Shown piece after piece: positions 1-8,180 of a stretch of DNA of 64,000 bases (position 1 is its first letter; every line of letters begins with the position of its first letter). The notes beneath the pieces are model-generated. The model saw only the letters and a list, made by a program, of their open reading frames with translations, ran no database searches and was not told the origin of the DNA. The DNA is from a virus: IMG/VR virus record IMGVR_UViG_3300025684_000015, positions 1-64,000 of that record. One strand, written 5' to 3'. The position numbers were made by a program, and so were the translations under genes.

Positions 1-300
1 TGAGTTGAGTTCACCAACTGGATCAGGTTGACCAATAGATGTAAGGCTGTTTTCGATATACCAAAGACCGGTTGGTCCTTTGAATCCATGGTCCCAATAT
101 CGGACCCATGGAAGTTCTTGGCCTTCAGCTGCTGGGAGGAATCGTAGGACTGCATATCCATTACCTGCTTTATCTACCGTTGGTTTCCATACACGGTCAT
201 CTTGATATGATTTCTTTTCACCGCCACCATTTACTTTTTCGGCTGCAGCTACAAGTTTAGAGATTTGATCTTTATTGCGTTTTAGATTTTCGAATGACAT
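1..300 (-). CDS. 32: T4 gp32-like ssDNA-binding protein, 5' part (runs off window)
   Basis: Manual translation from ATG at 300: MSFENLKRNKDQ...DDRVWKPTVDKAGNGYAVLRFLPA...LPWVRYWDHGFKGPTGLWYIENSLTSIG, the gp32 signature. Confidence 0.95.
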   Translation of the reverse strand, partial: MSFENLKRNKDQISKLVAAAEKVNGGGEKKSYQDDRVWKPTVDKAGNGYAVLRFLPAAEGQELPWVRYWDHGFKGPTGLWYIENSLTSIGQPDPVGELNS

Positions 301-344
301 CGTATTGTCCTTATGTTAAAGTATGTTTTTGTATTTACTGTAAT

Positions 345-373
345 ATTATACCACAAATAGATTAGTTTGTACA
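345..373 (-). promoter_or_regulatory. sigma70/T4-early-type promoter for gp32
   Basis: TGTACA-17 nt-TATAAT with GTGG before the -10. Confidence 0.7.
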
Positions 374-405
374 CTACTTTTTGTGGTACGCATATTATAT
401 ATACA

Positions 406-663
406 CTATTCAGCAAAAGCGCTATCTAATGTATTTTTACGAGGCAAAAAGTTTAAATTCATTGCCTCAGCTTCAACCTTGTCTTTGATAATGTGTGAAA
501 CAAATTTCTTTACATCTTCAGGTTCAATGTTGTGCTTTTCACATACATGAAGAATAGCCTCCATGTAACTAATTCTTAATTCAGCCACTGTACTTTCAAT
601 AAGTTTTGTAAACTTACTTTTAGTAAGAAACTGTTGTTCAATTGGTACTTCTTTTTCTTCCAT
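406..663 (-). CDS. 33: late-transcription coactivator gp33
   Basis: FTKLIE...SYMEAILHVCE...IIKDKVEAEAMNLNFL pattern; next to gp32. Confidence 0.85.
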   Translation of the reverse strand: MEEKEVPIEQQFLTKSKFTKLIESTVAELRISYMEAILHVCEKHNIEPEDVKKFVSHIIKDKVEAEAMNLNFLPRKNTLDSAFAE

Positions 664-674
664 ATGCTTTCCTC

Positions 675-1793
675 CTATTTAGCTATGAGGATGATAGAAT
701 CATCATTAAGTCTACCATTAGGTACACTTGGTTTAGTCTTAATAGCATTTAGTATTTTGCTACGTTTGGCTGGAGTAGTCTTCATAATTTCAGGAAGTTG
801 TTCCATTGGTTTACGTAAGGTAAATGCTCTAGATTTTTCAGGATCAAAGTTTTGAATAGATGTACCTTTAATCTGAAAGCCTTTAGGATCTTCAGTAATA
901 TACTCCATGATCTTACGTGTCTTACAATTAAAGACATATAAAGATAATTTGCCAATAATTTGAGCAGGTGGAATGGAGACAATTTTATAGTCATTGTCTT
1001 CTTTCTTATATTTTACTCTAGAAACTTGTTTATCAATAGACATTGGTTTAATTGTACGAACTTTACGCGTAGCTTTTGAAGCATCACGTACTCGATCTAG
1101 ATCTGCCAACATCTTTTCACATTCCTTGACGCGGCGATTGAGCTCAGGCCGTGAAAGGTGTGAATACCCTTCAACCGCTTGTTCACATCTTTTATGGTAT
1201 GCATCGCTATAATCAAGCAACCATCCTTCAATCACCGTTTGAACTGGCTTAATAGCAGAACCAGCCAGCCCATGTACCTTAAATAAAGTGTACACATCAA
1301 TAGAGGCTTTTTCACCATCAATCCACTGATCTTCTAGATCATCAAGATCTGTCATAATAGTTGAATTGATTTTTCGTTGCAAGCGTTGTTGAGGAGAGAG
1401 ACTGACTACATTTGATGCGCTGTCAGTTTGTGCTTGCAACTTTTCATAATACATAGCTTTGCCAGGTTCAATTAGCTCAGCCATATGCCGATCCAGAGCA
1501 GCTTTCCAGTACTCTGTATCATCATCAATTGGTAAACCTGAATTATACCAGAAACAGGTAGCCGCTTGATAATACTTTGAGAACGTCCAATCAGGATGCA
1601 CTAAAATAAATTCAGCATCTTTCTTTGAGAAGTTCTTTTTAATATATGTACGATGCTGATCAACAGCATCTTTTTTAGTTAATTCAGTTTGAAAGTAATT
1701 CTGTACTGCTTTAAAGCCCTTTTCAATAGGTGCTGCATTAATACCAGTACGACGTGAAACTACTGTTTTCTTTTTACGTTTAACTAATCCCAT
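675..1793 (-). CDS. hypothetical protein, 372 aa
   Basis: Long ORF with GGAGAG SD and an upstream promoter; no function recognised. Confidence 0.8.
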   Translation of the reverse strand: MGLVKRKKKTVVSRRTGINAAPIEKGFKAVQNYFQTELTKKDAVDQHRTYIKKNFSKKDAEFILVHPDWTFSKYYQAATCFWYNSGLPIDDDTEYWKAALDRHMAELIEPGKAMYYEKLQAQTDSASNVVSLSPQQRLQRKINSTIMTDLDDLEDQWIDGEKASIDVYTLFKVHGLAGSAIKPVQTVIEGWLLDYSDAYHKRCEQAVEGYSHLSRPELNRRVKECEKMLADLDRVRDASKATRKVRTIKPMSIDKQVSRVKYKKEDNDYKIVSIPPAQIIGKLSLYVFNCKTRKIMEYITEDPKGFQIKGTSIQNFDPEKSRAFTLRKPMEQLPEIMKTTPAKRSKILNAIKTKPSVPNGRLNDDSIILIAK

Positions 1794-1822
1794 AGTTCTC
1801 TCTCCATCGAAATAATATAATT

Positions 1823-1851
1823 ATTATACCACAGATAAACATGAATGTAAA
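1823..1851 (-). promoter_or_regulatory. early-type promoter
   Basis: TTTACA-17-TATAAT with GTGG extension. Confidence 0.75.
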
Positions 1852-1871
1852 CAATTTTATTCGGAATAATG

Positions 1872-2192
1872 TTATATTTTTTGTGTAATGTATGGACCAG
1901 TTGTAACATTATGGCCAAAGTCTGGTTGCCAATGGGTTACTTCATTAGTAATAGTATATGTACCACACGTGCTCATGAACTGAGAATCACCTTTATAATA
2001 TCCCTTGTGATAACCTATATGCTTATTATAGTACCAAACTTCTTCATTGTTTGACGGAGTTTCGTGGCGTAATTCTCTCCATTGGATCATATCTACCATT
2101 TCTTTAAAGTTTGACATTTTTAAAATCTCCATCTCTACAACGTCACCATGGCCATCCGGGCATGACCATCCCGTCTTTATTGAATAGCTCAC
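1872..2192 (-). CDS. hypothetical protein (start may be downstream at MEILK)
   Basis: ORF track; fills the gap on the coding strand. Confidence 0.55.
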   Translation of the reverse strand: MSYSIKTGWSCPDGHGDVVEMEILKMSNFKEMVDMIQWRELRHETPSNNEEVWYYNKHIGYHKGYYKGDSQFMSTCGTYTITNEVTHWQPDFGHNVTTGPYITQKI

Positions 2193-2436
2193 AACTTACC
2201 GATTGAACCCGGTCCCATCTAAAGGTGCGCCAATCTTGAACATCAACATCCCATACAATACAAATGTCGTCATTACCTTTTCTTTCTTTTCCAGCTTCAG
2301 GCTTAGGGTATTTACCTTCTTCCATTGTGCATTTCATTACTCGAACTGAGCCATCAGCTTTAGTAAATGTAACCTCAATGACACCTAAGCTTAATTCTTC
2401 ACGAATTTGATCTTGAATAAATTTTTCAATAAACAT
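2143..2436 (-). CDS. small WYL-like/SH3-fold phage protein
   Basis: VTFTKADGSVRVMKCT...VWDVDVQDWRTFRWD pattern; GAGGA SD. Confidence 0.7.
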   Translation of the reverse strand: MFIEKFIQDQIREELSLGVIEVTFTKADGSVRVMKCTMEEGKYPKPEAGKERKGNDDICIVWDVDVQDWRTFRWDRVQSVSCELFNKDGMVMPGWPW

Positions 2437-2456
2437 ATCATATCCTCTTATAAAAT

Positions 2457-2830
2457 TAGGTGAGCAGTTTAGTGTAATGTCATGCTCAGGACTTCTTGTA
2501 GCTAGGATCGTAGCAAGTCTTACTACATCTATTGGTGTGGCTCCTAGCTGCGCACCAATTAGAAACTAGCCGCCCTCTGCAGAGGTTTGACTTTTAGCTA
2601 AGCGGAAAGGAAACGCTATCACCATGGTGTCGGCAAGACCATGCGTTCCTTAATTTTTATCCTGGACGAACGGACCATTCCCAGTTGAGTCTTTCTAATG
2701 AGGGCACTCTATAATTTCCCACCTGTGTCTTAAATTTAAAGTCGTTACAGGCTTAACCGCGTTATTTCGCTCGACTTCTCCTTTGAGGTACGTTTAGCAC
2801 TATTGCCAGGCTTTCCCTCGTTCGCCTATC
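2457..2830 (-). ncRNA. candidate structured non-coding RNA 3' of tRNA-Leu
   Basis: ORF-free and visibly GC-richer than its flanks; several hairpins and two pseudoknots readable by eye (see findings). Confidence 0.6.
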
Positions 2831-2831
2831 T

Positions 2832-2916
2832 TGGTACCCACGGCCAGACTCGAACTGGCACGCCATGCGGCTCTGGATTTTAAGTCCAGTATGTCTACCG
2901 ATTCCATCACGCGGGC
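2832..2916 (-). tRNA. tRNA-Leu(TAA)
   Basis: GCCCGCG acceptor, anticodon arm CTGGA-CTTAAAA-TCCAG, long variable arm, GTTCGAGT T-loop, encoded CCA. Confidence 0.95.
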
Positions 2917-3197
2917 TCATTATTATATTTTAAAAGCTGTAAAGCCTTTCCCATTACCCATGGACTTCGAAGTGGTAAAAAAGCTCCACTAGCTCCGGTC
3001 CAATCTTTGAATTCTCTATCATAAAATCCAATATTACAATCTTCAGGATTATTGTTCTGAAGATCAGCTAATTCATCTGCCCACCTTTGCCATGTAAAAT
3101 CATCAACAATATTATTGTCCAATTCATAGTAAATGCACGAATGAATAAGCATTTGCGCTCTACGTTGTCTAATAATTTCTTTAATTGATCTTTCCAT
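2907..3197 (-). CDS. stand-alone NAD-dependent DNA ligase domain Ia-like protein
   Basis: IYYELDNNIVDDFTWQRWADELADL resembles LigA domain Ia (YY..D.P.ISD..YD.L..EL); probable start MERS at 3197. Confidence 0.65.
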   Translation of the reverse strand: MERSIKEIIRQRRAQMLIHSCIYYELDNNIVDDFTWQRWADELADLQNNNPEDCNIGFYDREFKDWTGASGAFLPLRSPWVMGKALQLLKYNNEPA

Positions 3198-3204
3198 TAT
3201 GTAT

Positions 3205-3233
3205 ATTATACACCATAAAAAAGAGTTTGTAAA
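3205..3233 (-). promoter_or_regulatory. early-type promoter (probably leaderless transcript)
   Basis: TTTACA-17-TATAAT; the -10 ends 7 nt upstream of ATG 3197. Confidence 0.7.
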
Positions 3234-3251
3234 CAAAAAAATTAATTATTT

Positions 3252-3329
3252 TGGTCGGAGTGGAGAGATTCGAACTCCCGATTTCTTGCTCCCAAAGCAA
3301 GCGGATTAACCAGACTTTCCTACACTCCG
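3252..3329 (-). tRNA. tRNA-Pro(TGG)
   Basis: CGGAGTG acceptor, CTTGC-TTTGGGA-GCAAG anticodon arm, GTTCGAAT, CCA. Confidence 0.93.
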
Positions 3330-3336
3330 TCAAAAT

Positions 3337-3413
3337 TGGCCTGCCCTGAGGGATTCGAACCCCCGACCCACAGCTTAGAAGGCTGTTGCTCTATCCAGCT
3401 GAGCTAAGGGCAG
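3337..3413 (-). tRNA. tRNA-Arg(TCT)
   Basis: CTGCCCT acceptor, ACAGC-CTTCTAA-GCTGT anticodon arm, GTTCGAAT, CCA. Confidence 0.95.
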
Positions 3414-3418
3414 ATACG

Positions 3419-3754
3419 TTAACGCCTCATTTTTGCGTATATTTCTGGATCACACCCTCTACCGACCGGTACGAGATTGGATTTGTGCATAGTCGCAATT
3501 CCGGTGATATAGTCTCCGGAGTAGACGTTTGCATCTTTCTTTGCTGCGATGCCACGAATTGAGTCCGACGTCGTGAGGCTTGGATACGTTTTTGTAGTCC
3601 GTTGATACGTCTGCATCGGTTCATAGTCTTTAGACTCCTTAATTGTGGCTTTAACAGAAGCTAATAATTTATTATACTTCTTTTCAACTTTATTTTTAGC
3701 ATGCAATTCTTGACGTGCACGCTTTTTCCAAGCTGGTGTGCTCAAAATATCCAC
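3419..3754 (-). CDS. hypothetical phage protein
   Basis: ORF in operon context; C-terminal GIATMHKSNLVPV motif. Confidence 0.65.
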   Translation of the reverse strand: MDILSTPAWKKRARQELHAKNKVEKKYNKLLASVKATIKESKDYEPMQTYQRTTKTYPSLTTSDSIRGIAAKKDANVYSGDYITGIATMHKSNLVPVGRGCDPEIYAKMRR

Positions 3755-4008
3755 CTTAATATAGCTACAAATAACATAAACGAAATAACTGAGTTAAGTA
3801 GAATCAATGCTCTATCTTTCCAAGCAATAGAGACTATCAACCACATGCCGGTCCCGATCCACGATAGCACAATATCATAAATTTTTGGGATCTCTTCGAC
3901 AGACCGGCATGCTACTGCAAATAGAATGACAAATGTTGCAACCCATTTGAGATAATAAACATATCCCTTGGTTTTAATTAGAGTTACATCGTCATCCAAT
4001 TTTTTCAT
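3742..4008 (-). CDS. small 3-TM membrane protein
   Basis: Probable start MKKLDDD at 4008; three hydrophobic helices. Confidence 0.65.
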   Translation of the reverse strand: MKKLDDDVTLIKTKGYVYYLKWVATFVILFAVACRSVEEIPKIYDIVLSWIGTGMWLIVSIAWKDRALILLNSVISFMLFVAILRWIF

Positions 4009-4009
4009 T

Positions 4010-4318
4010 TTAGTTCCAATCAGCTTCATATGATCTTTGGTCAGCAGCACGATCGCCGTAATGCTCAGCAAGATACTTAGCACCATCTTGATAATGGTTA
4101 TGGTTTTCATCCATTTTATCAATCATAGCATTAAATGCATCTTCTTTAGATTTACGACGAGGAGCTTCTACCTCATCAGTCCACTTACGTACACGTGCTG
4201 CACCAGCAGCCATTCTAGCCTGAAAAGCTTTACGTTTAGCAATCTTTTCAGCCACTGCTTTGATAACAGCTAGACGTTCTTCTTTAGTTGAATTCTTTGT
4301 AATTACGATATTTGACAT
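4010..4318 (-). CDS. hypothetical early protein
   Basis: GAGGAG SD; directly downstream of an early promoter. Confidence 0.75.
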   Translation of the reverse strand: MSNIVITKNSTKEERLAVIKAVAEKIAKRKAFQARMAAGAARVRKWTDEVEAPRRKSKEDAFNAMIDKMDENHNHYQDGAKYLAEHYGDRAADQRSYEADWN

Positions 4319-4334
4319 TATGTATTCTCCTCAT

Positions 4335-4415
4335 TTCATTTTATAGTAAGATTATACCATACTTTTTAGTGTTTGTAAACAGGTAAATGTGAAATAATTT
4401 ATCTTTTTTTACATT
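4335..4415 (-). promoter_or_regulatory. early promoter, degenerate copy of the repeated cassette
   Basis: -35 TTTACA 4374-4379, -10 TATAAT 4351-4356, leader ATAAAATGAAATGAGGAG. Confidence 0.75.
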
Positions 4416-4563
4416 AAAAGAAAAAATATTACTAAAAGTATTATGACAATCCACACTCTCAACATCATAAGAACCCAAAGAACCACTAGCGTAGCTAATA
4501 AAATGAGGAGAAATAACACTATCGCTAGTGGATCTTGGGCCCAGACGGTTTCAAGGATAAGAG

Positions 4564-4761
4564 TTAAACCTTCCATAGGTCAACCACTTCTTGAAATTCT
4601 TCATACGTTGGGATTTTATCAGTACCAAACGTATACTTTAATTCAAATGTTTGCATTGTTTCATGGTGGGTTAACACATGTTTACCATTTTCGTTATGAT
4701 ATGCAAACCCATCAAACTCATAAAGATAATCCATAGTTGGAATAATTGGTGTCATAATCAT
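4564..4761 (-). CDS. hypothetical early protein
   Basis: GAGGA SD behind an early promoter. Confidence 0.65.
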   Translation of the reverse strand: MIMTPIIPTMDYLYEFDGFAYHNENGKHVLTHHETMQTFELKYTFGTDKIPTYEEFQEVVDLWKV

Positions 4762-4769
4762 TTCCTCAT

Positions 4770-4868
4770 TTCATTTTATAAGTATATTATACAACAATTA
4801 TTCAATGATGTAAAGGAAAAAATGCACTTAATTTGCATTTTTTTTATTTGAAAGAAATCAATAAGTTA
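4770..4868 (-). promoter_or_regulatory. early promoter cassette (copy A)
   Basis: -10 4786-4791, -35 4809-4814, TGCA inverted repeat, AATCAATAAGTTA at 4856-4868. Confidence 0.85.
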
Positions 4869-5076
4869 GTCTGCATAGTTGATCAAGTTGTAACTTGTAT
4901 GCATCTCTTTCTTCAATTGTATTTTTTAGTTTAACTTGAAGCGTATGAATTTCATATTGCATATCAGCAATAGTGCGTTTCATAAGATCTTCTTGTGTTA
5001 CAATAGTTTCTACTTGGTATTCTTTTTCCATTTTACTAAAAGCTCCTCTTGTAGACGGTATGCCTCTGCTTCCCAT
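4858..5076 (-). CDS. small coiled-coil protein (probable start MEKEY)
   Basis: ORF track; heptad pattern. Confidence 0.55.
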   Translation of the reverse strand: MGSRGIPSTRGAFSKMEKEYQVETIVTQEDLMKRTIADMQYEIHTLQVKLKNTIEERDAYKLQLDQLCRLTY

Positions 5077-5435
5077 GGAAGGTTTCTATATTCATCAATT
5101 GTAGAAAATATAGAAATGTAATCAGTTCCTTCCCAAGTCTTTGTAAAACCTGAATCAATTAATTGACCTCGTTCAGCCTGTCTAACATGAACCATTTCAT
5201 GAAATAGACAAGTCAAAAGGTCATCAAGATTTTGACCTTTTTGGATTTCAATTGTATGAGTATATTTATCGGTACACAAATGATAGCCATCAGCATCATC
5301 TGGAATATTTGTAAGCATGATTTCAACATCAAGCCGTTTCTTATTTGGCATAAGAGTTTTTAATGCAAACCAAAAAGCGTCTTCGCAGATACCTCTTTCT
5401 GACTTTTTTCCACCAAGAATATCTAATAGAATCAT
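5010..5435 (-). CDS. HEXXH zinc metallopeptidase-like protein
   Basis: FHEMVHVRQ and PWEAEAY motifs; probable start MILLD at 5435. Confidence 0.75.
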   Translation of the reverse strand: MILLDILGGKKSERGICEDAFWFALKTLMPNKKRLDVEIMLTNIPDDADGYHLCTDKYTHTIEIQKGQNLDDLLTCLFHEMVHVRQAERGQLIDSGFTKTWEGTDYISIFSTIDEYRNLPWEAEAYRLQEELLVKWKKNTK

Positions 5436-5459
5436 GTTGTTCTCCGATTTGATAGTATT

Positions 5460-5488
5460 ATTATACACTAATTAAATCGGTTTGTAAA
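5460..5488 (-). promoter_or_regulatory. early-type promoter
   Basis: TTTACA-17-TATAAT. Confidence 0.7.
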
Positions 5489-5500
5489 CACTTTTATGCA

Positions 5501-6223
5501 CTAAGCTTCAGTAATATTGTCCATTTTTGGCAGGCCATTTTTATCAAAATTGATTTTTTCAGACTCTTTGAGTGGTGAATATACCTTACAAGATACATTA
5601 TCACCATGTAATACTTTAAATTTATTATGCGTGTGATGAAGAATAAATTGTGTATTAGGAAATTCATTCCACATACTTGTCCAAATTGGTCTCCAAAATC
5701 CAGCTAATCTATTATTATTTGTATTACCTCGATCGGATGCTAATACTAAATCAGAAAAACTTCTCATATTAAAATCAAAAATAGAGTCAAACCCATACAT
5801 ATGAACTATATCAGGTTTAATTCTATTGCAGGCATAGTGTGTTGCTACATGACCACAATTAAAGTTTGTAAATCCAACACCAACATTACCACCCGGAGGA
5901 ATAGCATATTTTGGAAGAACATCATAAAATTCTTTTATTTGAGATGCAACTTTCATATGATACATTGGATGATCTTCTAAAAACTTTTTAGGTCTAAATC
6001 CACAAATCCATTTACCATCAACTTTTACAGATCCTCTCATCATTGCTGCCATAAATTTAAAGTCAACCATTGCTGTTGCAAATTTATCTTCAATTGGAAA
6101 TGGCGTTTGGTTACATGCAATTTTAAGACCTTTTCTTTCTTCTCTTAAGAAAAGACTAGCATTATCTCCATTTCCAATAATATGAACTACTCTAGGCACC
6201 CATTTTCTCCCTAATGACGTCAT
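5501..6223 (-). CDS. glycosyltransferase/Maf-like protein (start probably GTG at VPRVVH)
   Basis: HIIGNGDNAS N-terminal motif and HMYGFD, as in GT29/GT42/Maf-like folds. Confidence 0.5.
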   Translation of the reverse strand: MTSLGRKWVPRVVHIIGNGDNASLFLREERKGLKIACNQTPFPIEDKFATAMVDFKFMAAMMRGSVKVDGKWICGFRPKKFLEDHPMYHMKVASQIKEFYDVLPKYAIPPGGNVGVGFTNFNCGHVATHYACNRIKPDIVHMYGFDSIFDFNMRSFSDLVLASDRGNTNNNRLAGFWRPIWTSMWNEFPNTQFILHHTHNKFKVLHGDNVSCKVYSPLKESEKINFDKNGLPKMDNITEA

Positions 6224-6905
6224 TACCTTTGCCGCCAGTCCAATGCATTAATTTCTTTTTATCACTATCAAACCCATCAAGCAATTGCAATCTGAGCCAA
6301 TTATATTCTTGTGGTAATGGATTTATATATGTGAGTTGACTAAGTGGATCTAGCATACCGTGAAGTACTTCTTGGTCGCCAACCCGTGGATGTTGAAATA
6401 CTTCTTGAGCCCACCAATGTAAGATTTTTGGTTTATTAATAAAACCAACAACACCAGAATTATACCAACACTCATGTCTCCTACGACTCCATGGTTTATC
6501 TTCACACATATTTAGCTTATTTGGTACTAATAAATCAAAAATATTAGAAATATTATCTAATACTTCGATATCAGTATCTAGCCAAACAGTTTTTATTGAT
6601 GGGCAATGTAGCATTGCTTTAGGTTTTTTAAACCAACCAGCTTCAGTTAACTGAGTAAGATCTAAAATAGCATGAAAATGTTCTCTTACAAAATCTAAGT
6701 TTTTTACTCCAAAGTCAGCAAACACTAAAGGAGTATCATTATACTTCTTATAGTTTTCAACAAACCATGGAAGTTGCCATTCAGTTTTTTCATCACAACC
6801 AGTTAAAAATGCTGTATTATATGATTTTGTAGTTTTCGTCATAATTATGTTTCGCACCGCAGCCATTAGGATTTTGAATAGTTGTAAAATTATCTCTAGC
6901 TTCAA
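6192..6905 (-). CDS. GT-A fold glycosyltransferase (GT8-like)
   Basis: WLDTD DxD, YNSGV, GDQE, YNW, MHW motifs. Confidence 0.75.
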   Translation of the reverse strand: MKLEIILQLFKILMAAVRNIIMTKTTKSYNTAFLTGCDEKTEWQLPWFVENYKKYNDTPLVFADFGVKNLDFVREHFHAILDLTQLTEAGWFKKPKAMLHCPSIKTVWLDTDIEVLDNISNIFDLLVPNKLNMCEDKPWSRRRHECWYNSGVVGFINKPKILHWWAQEVFQHPRVGDQEVLHGMLDPLSQLTYINPLPQEYNWLRLQLLDGFDSDKKKLMHWTGGKGNDVIREKMGA

Positions 6906-7467
6906 TTGGCCATGGATAATATTCAGTAATTAAATTTTGAAATCTTTGTTTATGTATAAAAAGATCTGTTGGACCAGCATCAATAGTAGCTCTATACATT
7001 AGTATTTCTGCGCCCTTTGGTGTTACTTTATACGCATGGGCACCGGGCAAATAGTCTTTTGAAAAGAGTGGACGTTCACCAATCCATGCTGGTGTTGCAT
7101 ATTTACCATAAGATGGTTTACCAAGGTTTACAATATTACCCATTAATCTTTCATCTGGTAAGCCATCTACAAACCAAGCGTCATGTTCTAAAATGAGTAC
7201 TGATTCTTTATTCTCAAAAGAATATTTCCATAATCCATAGTGCGATAAAAACGCTGCAATTACTTGAGGATATCTGCTATATTTTTCAGTAAAATGCGAT
7301 AATGGAATATCAAGACTTTTAGCAGCCGCCATCACATTAGTATTTCTTGGCGTAACAGCTTTCCATTTATTAACTTCAACACCTCTACGTTTAGCAGAAG
7401 AAATACATAAGTTAGCTGATTGTACAGATTCTGGAATATCTTCAATAGTAATTACAAATGCTCTCAT
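6817..7467 (-). CDS. GT25-family glycosyltransferase
   Basis: AAFLSHYGLW, ILEHDA, AHAY.VTPKGA motifs. Confidence 0.8.
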   Translation of the reverse strand: MRAFVITIEDIPESVQSANLCISSAKRRGVEVNKWKAVTPRNTNVMAAAKSLDIPLSHFTEKYSRYPQVIAAFLSHYGLWKYSFENKESVLILEHDAWFVDGLPDERLMGNIVNLGKPSYGKYATPAWIGERPLFSKDYLPGAHAYKVTPKGAEILMYRATIDAGPTDLFIHKQRFQNLITEYYPWPIEARDNFTTIQNPNGCGAKHNYDENYKII

Positions 7468-8180
7468 AATGAAGTAGTGCTCTCTAAATTTTGTGTCGTT
7501 GCATAATATTTTTTTGTTTGTCCAAGAGTACTTATAAGTTGTCTACACATCAATGCGTCATTAGGCCATGCGCCATAATATATCGCAAGATCTATCAACT
7601 TTTGTGCACCCTTTGGTTTAATATAATAGCTTGAATTACCAGCAATACCTTGTGGGATATTATCTGCATCAATCTTTGGAGCTCTTACTACACCACAATC
7701 ATCATCTGTTGAATTAATAACAACATCATGATAATCCGAAGATCTTCTAGTTGCACCAAAAGGACTATTAAATCCAATAATATCGTATCGAGATTTGCGT
7801 AAATCTTTTACTGGTAATTTATCTAAATAAAAAGCATCATGCTCATGAATAATAATAGGCTCATCATACGCAACACAAGACTGCCATAACTTGTAATGGG
7901 ATAAAAAACATCCAATTCTTTTATTTGGCACAGCTGTTGGATACGCACTTTTAAGTAATCCAGATCGAAAATCCATTTGATTTCCAGTCCATGGGTAGTT
8001 CCATTTAAGATTTACATGACTCATAACAATATCAACTAAGTTTGGAGTAATAGCATCGAACATTCTAAATTCAATATGCTTATCTGGGCATGATTCCACT
8101 AAAGCTTTTGCCGCTTTTTCAGATGCTATATCATCTTTTATTCTAATTATAAATGCTTTCATTGTGCAAATTGCTGCCAA
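7464..8180 (-). CDS. GT25-family glycosyltransferase
   Basis: GCFLSHYKLW, IHEHDA, YYIKPKGAQKL motifs. Confidence 0.8.
   Translation of the reverse strand: MAAICTMKAFIIRIKDDIASEKAAKALVESCPDKHIEFRMFDAITPNLVDIVMSHVNLKWNYPWTGNQMDFRSGLLKSAYPTAVPNKRIGCFLSHYKLWQSCVAYDEPIIIHEHDAFYLDKLPVKDLRKSRYDIIGFNSPFGATRRSSDYHDVVINSTDDDCGVVRAPKIDADNIPQGIAGNSSYYIKPKGAQKLIDLAIYYGAWPNDALMCRQLISTLGQTKKYYATTQNLESTTSL

Noticed and set aside
2461-2492. Hammerhead ribozyme at CTGAGCA...AAAC
   Set aside because: Core does not match CUGANGA...GAAA; the pairing fits an H-type pseudoknot better
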